A DNA stretch of 64,000 nucleotides, taken from NCBI GenBank assembly GCA_964016885.1, contig OZ024740.1, forward strand, positions 13,082,001 through 13,146,000, given 5' to 3'. The notes under the pieces are model-generated. The model saw nothing but the letters and a program-made list of their open reading frames with translations. It made no database searches and had not been told where the DNA came from. A program made the translations under genes and the position numbers. Source of the DNA: Eledone cirrhosa. Taxonomy: Eukaryota. This document shows, piece after piece, positions 55,101 to 64,000 of the stretch; position 1 is the first letter of the stretch, and every line of letters starts with the position of its first letter.

Positions 55101-58100
55101 TTTAACACATACAGGTAGGTGTTGTAGTGTAGTGTAGTGCTAGGCTAACCCAGAGTTTTGATACATACAGGTAGGTGTTGTAGTGTATTGCTAGGTTAAC
55201 CCAGTGTTTAAACACATACAGGTAGGTGTTGTAGTGTAGTGCTAGGTTAACACAGAGTTTTAACACATAGAGGTAGGTGTTGTAGTGTAGTGCTATGTTA
55301 ACCCAGAGTGTTAACACATAGAGGTAGGTGTTGTAGTGTAGTGCTAGGTTAACCCAGAGTTTTAACACATAGAGGTAGGTGTTGTAGTGTAGTGCTAGGT
55401 TAACCCAGAGTTTTAACACATACATGTAGGTATTGTAGTGTAGTACTAGGTTAAGCCAGAGTTTTAAAACATATAGGTAGGTGTTGTAGTGTAGTGCTAG
55501 GTTAACCCAGAGTTTTAACTCATACAGGTAGGTGTTGTAGTGTAGTGTGGTGCTAGGTAAACCCTGAATTTTAACACATACAGGTAGGTGTTGTAGTGTA
55601 GTTTGGTGCTAGGTAAACCCTGAGTTTTAACAGATGCAGGTAGGTGTTGTAGTGTAGTGTGGGGCTAGGTAAGCCATGATTTTTAACACATACAGCTAGG
55701 TGTTGTAGTGTAGTGTGGTGCTAGGTAAACCCTGAGTTTTAACACATACAAGTAGGTATTGTAGTGTAGTGCTAGGTTAACCCAGAGTTTGGACACATAC
55801 AGGTAGGTGTTGTAGTGTAGTGTGGTGCTAGGTTAACCAAGAGTTTTAACACATAGAGGTAGGTGTTTTAGTGTAGTGCTAGGTTAACCCAGAGTTTTAA
55901 CACATACAGGTAGGTGTTGTAGTTCAGTGCTAGGTTAAGCCAGAATTTTAACACATACAGGTAGGTGTTGTAGTGTAGTGCTAGGTTAACCCAGAGTTTT
56001 AACACATACAGGTAGGTGTTGTAGTGTAGTGCTAGGTTAACCCAGAGTTTTAACACATACAGGTAGGTATTGTAGTGTAGTGCTAGGTTAACCCAGAGTT
56101 TTAACACATACAGTAGGTATTGTAGTGTAGTACTAGGTTAACACAGAGTTTTAACACATACAGTAGGTATTGTAGTGTAGTGCTAGGTTACCCCAGAGTT
56201 TTGACACATACAGGTAGGTGTTGTAGTGTAGTGTGGTGCTAGGTCAACCAAGAGTTTTAACACATAGAGGTAGGTGTTTTAGTGTAGTGCTAGGTTAACC
56301 CAGAGTTTTAACACATACAGGTAGGTGTTGTATTGGAGCGCTAGGTTAACCCAGACTTTTAACAATATAAGTAGGTATTGTAGTGTAGAGCTAGGTTAAG
56401 CCAGAGTTTAACACATACAGGTAGGTGTTGTAGTGTAGTGCTAGGTAAACCCTGAGTTTAACACATACAGGTAGGTGTTGTAGTGTAGTGCTAGGTTAAC
56501 CCAGAGTTTTAACACATACAGGTAGGTGTTGTAGTGTAGTGCTAGGTTAACCGAGAGTTTTAACACATATAGGTAGGTGTTGTAGTGTTGTGCTAGGTTA
56601 ACCCAGAGTTTTAACACATACAGGTAGGGATTGTAGTGTAGTGCTAGGTTAACCCAGAGTTTTACCACATACATGTAAGTGTTGTAGTGTAGTGCAAGGT
56701 TAATGCAGAGTTTTACCACATACAGGTAGGTGTTGTATTGTAGTGCTAGGTTAACCCAGAGTTTTAACACATAAAGGTAGGTGTTGTAGTGTAGTGCTAG
56801 TTTAACCCAGAGTCTTAACACATACAGGTAGGTGTCGTAGTGTAGTGTGGTGCTAGGTTAACCCAGAGTTTTAACACTTACTGGTAGGTGTTGTAGTGTA
56901 GTGTGGTGCTAGGTTAACCCAGAGTTGAACACATACGGGCAGGTGTTTAGTGTAGTGTGGTGCTAGGTAAACCCTGAGATTTAACTCATACAGGTAGGTA
57001 TTGTTGTGTAGTGCTAGGTAAACCCAGTGTTTTCACACATACAGGTAGGTATTGTAGTGTAGTGTGGTGCTAGGTAGACCCTGAGTTTTAACACATACAG
57101 GTAGGTATTGTATTGTAGTACTAGGTTAACCCAGAGTTGTAACACATACAGTTAGGTGTTGTAGTGTAGTGCTAGGTTAACCCAGAGATTTAACACATAC
57201 AGGTAGGTGTTGTAGTGTAGTGTGGTGCTAGGTAAACCCTGAGTTTTAACACACACAAGTAGGTGTTGTAGTGTAGTGTGGTGCTTGGTAAATCCTTAGT
57301 TTTAACACATATAAGTAGGTGTTGTAGTGTAGTGTTAGGTTAACCCAGAGTTTTAGCAGATACAGTTAGGTGTTGTAGTGTAGTGTAGTGCTAGGTTAAC
57401 ACAGAGTTTTAACACATACAGGTAGGTATTTTAGTGTAGTGCTAGGTTAACACAGAGTTTTAACTCATACAGTAGGTACTGTAGTGTAGTTCTAGGTTAA
57501 CACAGAGTTTTAACACATACAGGTAGGTGTTATAGTGTAGTGTAGTGCTAGGTTAACCCAGAGTTTTAATACATACAGGTAGGTGTTGTAGTGTATTGCT
57601 AGGTTAACCCAGAGTTTAAACACATACAGGTAGGTGTTGTAGTGTAGTGCTAGGTTAACACAGAGTTTTAACACATACAGGTAGGTGTTGTAGTGTAGTG
57701 CTATGTTAACCCAGAGTTTTAACACATAGAGGTAGGTGTTGTAGTGTAGTGCTAGGTTAACCCAGAGTTTTAACACATACAGGTAGGTATTGTAATGTAG
57801 TGCTAGGTTAATCCAAAGTTTTAACACATACAGTAGGTATTGTAGTGTAGTGCTAGGTTCACCCTGAGTTTGAACACATAGAGGTAGGTGTTGTAGTGTA
57901 GTGATAGGTTAACCCAGAGTTTTAACACATACAGGTAGGTGTTGTAGAGTAGTGAGGTGCTAGGTTAACCCAGAGTTTTAACACATAGAGGTAGGTGCTG
58001 TATTGTAGCGCTAGGTTAACCCAGAGTTTTAACAATATAAGTAGGTATTGTAGTGTAGTGCTAGGTTAATCCTGAGTTTAACACATACAGGTAGGTGTTG

Positions 58101-61100
58101 TAGTGTAGTGCTAGGTTAACCCAGAGTTTTAACACATACAGGTAGGTGTTGTAGTGTAGTGCTAGGTTAACCCAGAGTTTTAACACATACAGGTAGGGAT
58201 TGTAGTGTAGGGCTAGGTTAACCCAGAGTTTTAACACATACAGGTAGGTAGTGTAGTGTAGTTCTAGGTTAACACAGAGTTTTAACACATACAGGAAGGT
58301 GTTGTAGTGTAGTGCCAGGTTAACCCAGAGTTTTACCACATACAGGTAAGTGTTGTAGTGTAGTGCAATGTTAATCCAGAGTTTTACCACATACAGGCAG
58401 GTGTTGTATTGTAGTGCTAGGTTAACCCAGAGTTTTAACACATACAGGTATGTATTGTAGTGTAGTGCTAGGTTAACCCAGAGTCTTAACACATACAGGT
58501 AGGTGTCGTAGTGTAGTGTGGTGCTAGGTTAACCCAGAGTTGAACACATATAGGCAGGTGTTTAGTGTAGTGTGATGTTAGGTAAACCCTGAATTTTAAC
58601 TCATACAGGTAGGTATTGTAGTGCTAGGTAAACCCAGTGTTTTAACACATACAGGTAGGTATTGTAGTGTAGTGTGGTGCTAGGTAGACCCTCAGTTTTA
58701 ACACATACAGGTAGGTATTGTAGTGTAGTACTAGGTTAACCCAGAGTTTTAACACATACAGTTAGGTGTTGTAGTGTAGTGCTAGGTTAACCTAGAGTTT
58801 TAATACATACAGGTAGGTGTTGTAGTGTATTGCTAGGTTAACCCAGAGTTTAAACACATACAGGTAGGTGTTGTAGTGTAGTGCTAGGTTAAACCAGAGT
58901 TTTAACACATACAGTAGGTATTGTAGTGTAGTGCTAGGTTAACCCTGAGTTTGAACACATAGAGGTAGGTGTTGTAGTGTAGTGATAGGTTAACCCAGAG
59001 TTTTAACACATACAGGTAGGTGTTGTAGTGTAGTGTGGTGCTAGGTTAACCCAGAGTTTTAACACATATAGGTAGGCGTTGTAGTGTGGTTCTAGGTTAA
59101 CCCAGAGTTTTAACACATACAGGTAGGTGTTGTAGTGTAGTGCTAGGGTAACCCTGAGTTTTAACACATGCAGGTAGTTGTTGTAGTGTAGTGCTAGGTA
59201 AACCCTGAGTTTAACACATACAGGTAGGTGTTTAGTGTAGTGCTAGGTTAACCCTGAGTTTTAACACATACAGGTAGGCGTTGTAGTGTAGTGCTAGGTA
59301 AACACTGAGTTTAACACATACAGGTAGGTGTTGTAGTCTAGTGCTAGGTTAACCCTGAGTTTTAACACATAGAGGTAGGTGTTGTAGTGTAGTACTAGGT
59401 TAACCCAGAGTTTTAACACCTACAGGTAGGTGATGTAGTGTAGTGTGGTGCTAGGTAAACCCTGAGTTTTACCACATACAGGTAGGTGTTGTAGTGTAGT
59501 GTGGTGCTAGGTAAACCCTGAGTTTTAACACATACAGGTAGGTGTTGTAGTGTAGTGTGGTGCTAGGTAAACCCTGAATTATAACACATACAGGTAGGTG
59601 TTGTAGTGTAGTGTGGTGCTAGGTAAACCCTGAGTTTTAACAGATACAGGTAGGTGTTGTAGTGTAGTGTGGGTCTAGGTAAACCATGAGTTTTAGCACA
59701 TACAGGTAGGTATTGTAGTGTAGTGCTAGGTTAACCCAGAGTTTTAACACATACAGGTAGGTGTTGTAGTGTAGTGCTAGGTTAACCCAGAGTTTTAATA
59801 CATACAGGTAGGTGTTGTAGTGTATTGCTAGGTTAACCCAGAGTTTAAACACATACAGGCAGGTGTTGTAGTGTAGTGCTAGGTTAACCCAGAGTTTTAA
59901 CACATACAGTAGGTATTGTAGTGTAGTGCTAGGTTAACCCTGAGTTTGAACACATAGAGGTAGGTGTTGTAGTGTAGTGATAGGTTAACCCAGAGTTTTA
60001 ACACATACAGGTAGGTGTTGTAGTGTAGCGTGGTGCTAGGTTAACCCAGAGTTTTAACACATATAGGTAGGCGTTGTAGTGTGGTTCTAGGTTAACCCAG
60101 AGTTTTAACACATACAGGTAGGTGTTGTAGTGTAGTGCTAGGGTAACCCTGAGTTTTAACACATGCAGGTAGGTGTTGTAGAGTAGTGCTAGGTAAACCC
60201 TGAGTTTAACACATACAGGTAGGTGTTTAGTGTAGTGCTAGGTTAACCCTGAGTTTTAACACATACAGGTAGGCGTTGTAGTGTAGTGCTAGGTAAACAC
60301 TGAGTTTAACACATACAGGTAGGTGTTGTAGTCTAGTGCTAGGTTAACCCTGAGATTTAACACATAGAGGTAGGTGTTGTAGTGTAGTACTAGGTTAACC
60401 CAGAGTTTTAACACCTACAGGTAGGTGATGTAGTGTAGTGTGGTGCTAGGTAAATCCTGAGTTTTACCACATACAGGTAGGTGTTGTAGTGTAGTGTGGT
60501 GCTAGGTAAACCCTGAGTTTTAACACATACAGGTAGGTGTTGTAGTGTAGTGTGGTGCTAGGTAAACCCTGAATTATAACACATACAGGTAGGTGTTGTA
60601 GTGTAGTGTGGTGCTAGGTAAACCCTGAGTTTTAACAGATACAGGTAGGTGTTGTAGTGTAGTGTGGGGCTAGGTAAACCATGAGTTTTAGCACATACAG
60701 GTAGGTATTGTAGTGTAGTGCTAGGTTAACCCAGAGTTTTAACACATACAGGTAGCTGTTGTAGTGTAGTGCTAGGTTAACCTAGAGTTTTAACACATAC
60801 AGGTAGGTGTTGTAGTGTAGTGCTAGGTTAACCCACAGTTTTAACACATACATGTAGGTGTTGTAGTGTAGTACTAGGTTAACCCAGATTTTTTACACAT
60901 AAAGTCGATATTGTAGTGTAGTGCTAGGTTAACCCAGAGTTTTGACACATACAGGTAGGTGTTGTAGTGTAGTGTGGTGCTAGGTTAACCAAGAGTTTTA
61001 ACACATAGAGGTAGGTGTTGTATTTAAGCGCTAGGTTAACCCAGATTTTTAACAATATAAGTAGGTATTGTAGTGTAGTGCTAGGTTAAGCCAGAGTTGA

Positions 61101-64000
61101 ACACATACAGGTAGGTGTTGTAGTGTAGTGCTAGGTTAACCCAGAGTTTTAACACATACAGGTAGGTGTTGTATTTTAGCGCTAGGTTAACCCAGATTTT
61201 TAACAATATAAGTAGGTATTGTAGTGTAGTGCTAGGTTAAGCCAGATTTTAACACATACAGGTAGGTGTTGTAGTGTAGTGCTAGGTTAACCCAGAGTTT
61301 TAACTCATACAGGCAGGTATTGTAGTGTAGTGCTAGGTTAACCCAGAGTTTTAACACATACAGGTAGGTGTTGTAGTGTAGTGCTAGGTTAAGCCAGAGC
61401 TTTAAACATACAGGTAGGTGTTGTAGTGTAGTGCTAGGTTAAGCCAGAGTTTTAACTCATACAGGTAGGTATTGTAGTGTAGTGCTAGGTTAACCGAGAG
61501 TTTTAACACATACATGTAGGTGTTGTAGTGTAGTGCTAGGTTAACCCAGAGTTTTAACACATACAGGTAGGTATTGTAGTGTACTGCTAGATTAACCAAG
61601 AGTTTTAACACATACAGTAGGTATTGTAGTGTAGTGCTAGGTTAATACAGAGTTTTAACACATACAGGTAGGTATTTTAGTGTAGTGCTAGGTTAACACA
61701 GAGTTTTAACACATACAGTAGGTATTGTAGTGTAGTGCTAGGTTAACCCAGAGTTTTGACACATACAGGTAGTTGTTGTAGTGTAGTGTGGTGCTAGGTT
61801 AACCCAGAGTTTTAACACATACAGGTAGGTGTTGTATTGTAGCGCTAGGTTAACCCAGAGTTTTAACAATATAAGTAGGTATTGTAGTGTAGTGCTAGGT
61901 TAAGCCAGAGTTTAACACATACAGGTAGGTGTTGTAGTGTAGTTCTAGGTTACCCCAGAGTTTTAACACATATAGGTAGGCATTGTAGTGTAGTGCTAGG
62001 TTAATCCTGAGTTTTAACGCATACAGGTAGGTTTTGTAGTGTAGTGCTAGGTTAACCCAGAGTTTTAACACATACAGGTAGGGATTGTAGTCTAGTGCTA
62101 GGTTAACCCAGAGTTTTAACACATACAGGTAGGTATTGTAGTTTAGTTCTAGGTTAACACAGAGTTTTAACACATACAGGAAGGTGTTGTAGTGTAGTGC
62201 CAGGTTAACCGAGAGTTTTACCACGTACAGGTAAGTGTTGTAGTTTAGTGCAAGGTTAATCCAGAGTTTTACCACATGCAGGTAGGTGTTGTATTGTAGT
62301 GCTAGGTTAACCCAGAGTTTTAACTCATACAGGTAGGTATTGTAGTGTAGTGCTAGGTAAACCCAGTATTTTAACACATACAGGTAGGTATTGTAGTGTA
62401 GTGTGGTGCTAGGTAGACCCTGAGTTTTAACACATACAGGTAGGTATTGTAGTGTAGTACTAGGTTAACCCAGAGTTTTAACACATACAGTTAGGTGTTG
62501 TAGTGTAGTGCTAGGTTAACCCAGAGTTTTAACACATACAGGTAGGTGTTGTAGTGTAGTGTGGTGCTAGGTAAACCCTGAGTTTTAACACATATAAGTA
62601 GGTGTTGTAGTGTAGTGCTAGGTTAACCCAGAGATTTAGCAGATACAGTTAGGTGTTGTAGTGTAGTGTAGTTCTAGGTTAACACAGAGTTTTAACACAT
62701 ACAGGTAGGTGTTGTAGTGTAGTGTAGTGCTAGGTTAACCCAGAGTTTTAATACATACAGGTAGGTGTTTTAGTGTATTGCTAGGTTAACCCAGAGTTTA
62801 AACACATACAGGTAGGTGTTGTAGTTTAGTGCTAGGTTAACCCAGAGTTTTAACACATACAGGTAGGTATTGTAATGTAGTGCAAGGTTAACCCATATTT
62901 TTAACACATACAGTAGGTATTGTAGTTTAGTGCTAGGTTAACCCTGAGTTTGAACACATAGAGGTAGGTGTTGTAGTGTAGTGGTAGGTTAACCCAGAGT
63001 TTGAACACATACAGTAGGTATTGTAGTGTAGTGCTAGGTTAACCCAGAGTTTTAACACATATAGGTAGGTGTTGTAGTGTGGTGCTAGGTTAACCCAGAG
63101 TTTTAACACATACAGGTAGGTGTTGTAGTGTAGTGCTAGGGTAAGCCTGAGTTTTAACACATACAGGTAGGTGTTGTAGTGTAGTGTGGTGCTAGGTAAG
63201 CCCTGAGTTTTAACACATACAGGTAGTTGTTGTATTGTAGTGTGGTGCTAGGTAAACCCTGAGTTTTAACACATACAGATAGGTATTGTAGTGTAGTGCT
63301 AGGTTAACATAGAGTTTTAACACATAGTGGTAGGTGTTGTAGTGTAGTGCTAGGTTAACCCACAGTTTTAAGACATACAAGTAGGTGTTGTAGTGTAGTG
63401 CTACGTTAACCCAGAGTTTTAACACGTACAGGTAGGTGTTGTAGTGTAGTGCTATGTTAACCCAGAGATTTAACACATACAGGTAGGTATTGTAGTGTAG
63501 TGCTAGGTTAAGCCAGAGTTTTAAACATACAGGTAGGTGTTGTAGTGTAGTGCTAGGTTAACCCAGAGTTTTAACACATACAGGTAGGTGTTGTAGTGTA
63601 GTGCTAGGTTAACCCACAGTTTTAAGACATACAAGTAGGTGTTGTAGTGTAGTGCTAGGTTAACCCAGAGTTTTAACACATACAGGTAGGTGTTGTAGTG
63701 TAGTGCTACGTTAACCCAGAGTTTTAACACATACAGGTAGGTATTGTAGTGTTGTGCTAGGTTAAGCTAGAGTTTTAATGATACAGGTAGGTGTTGTAGT
63801 GTAGTGCTAGGTTAACCCAGAGTTTTAACACATACAGGTAGGTATTTTAGTGTAGTGCTAGGTTAACACAGAGTTTTAACACATACAGTAGGTATTGTAG
63901 TGTAGTGCTAGGTTAACCCAGAGTTTTGACACATACAGGTAGTTGTTGTAGTGTAGGGTGGTGCTAGGTTAACCAAAAGTTTTAACACATAGAGGTAGGT
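52164..64000. repeat. 51/56-bp satellite running off the right edge
   Basis: Unit gtaggtgttgtagtgtagtg(tggtg)ctaggttaacccagagttttaacacatacag. Period 51 (52441 to 52492), or 56 with one extra pentamer. Confidence 0.97.

Noticed and set aside
52372-63730. Repeated 17-aa ORFs (YVLKLWVNLALHYNTYL)
   Set aside because: They follow from the 51-bp period and are constantly broken by 56-bp and 50-bp units, so the frame is not conserved.

Overview
Gene-free, repeat-saturated eukaryotic (invertebrate-like) DNA. The TE and microsatellite style suggests a cephalopod, but that is inference. No host protein-coding gene is supported. 1-22.7 kb holds remnants of Penelope-like elements (PLEs: RT plus C-terminal GIY-YIG) set between (TA)n/(CA)n tracts, with many inverted pLTR-like segments and about 12 hammerhead-ribozyme motifs of several families on both strands. 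It also holds a 10-kb array of about 16.3 apparently identical 615-bp units whose minus strand is a decayed LINE RT fragment. 23.3-35 kb is a pentamer-based CA-rich satellite. 35-41.5 kb has microsatellites, an RTE 3' end and a CRE-like endonuclease remnant with an internal 68-bp segment amplified about 20 times. 41.5-51.8 kb has three same-orientation Tx1/L1-like LINE copies (one near full length), each starting in a (CTAC)n tract. 52.2-64 kb is a 51/56-bp satellite. All calls come from reading the sequence by eye. No searches or folding programs were run.
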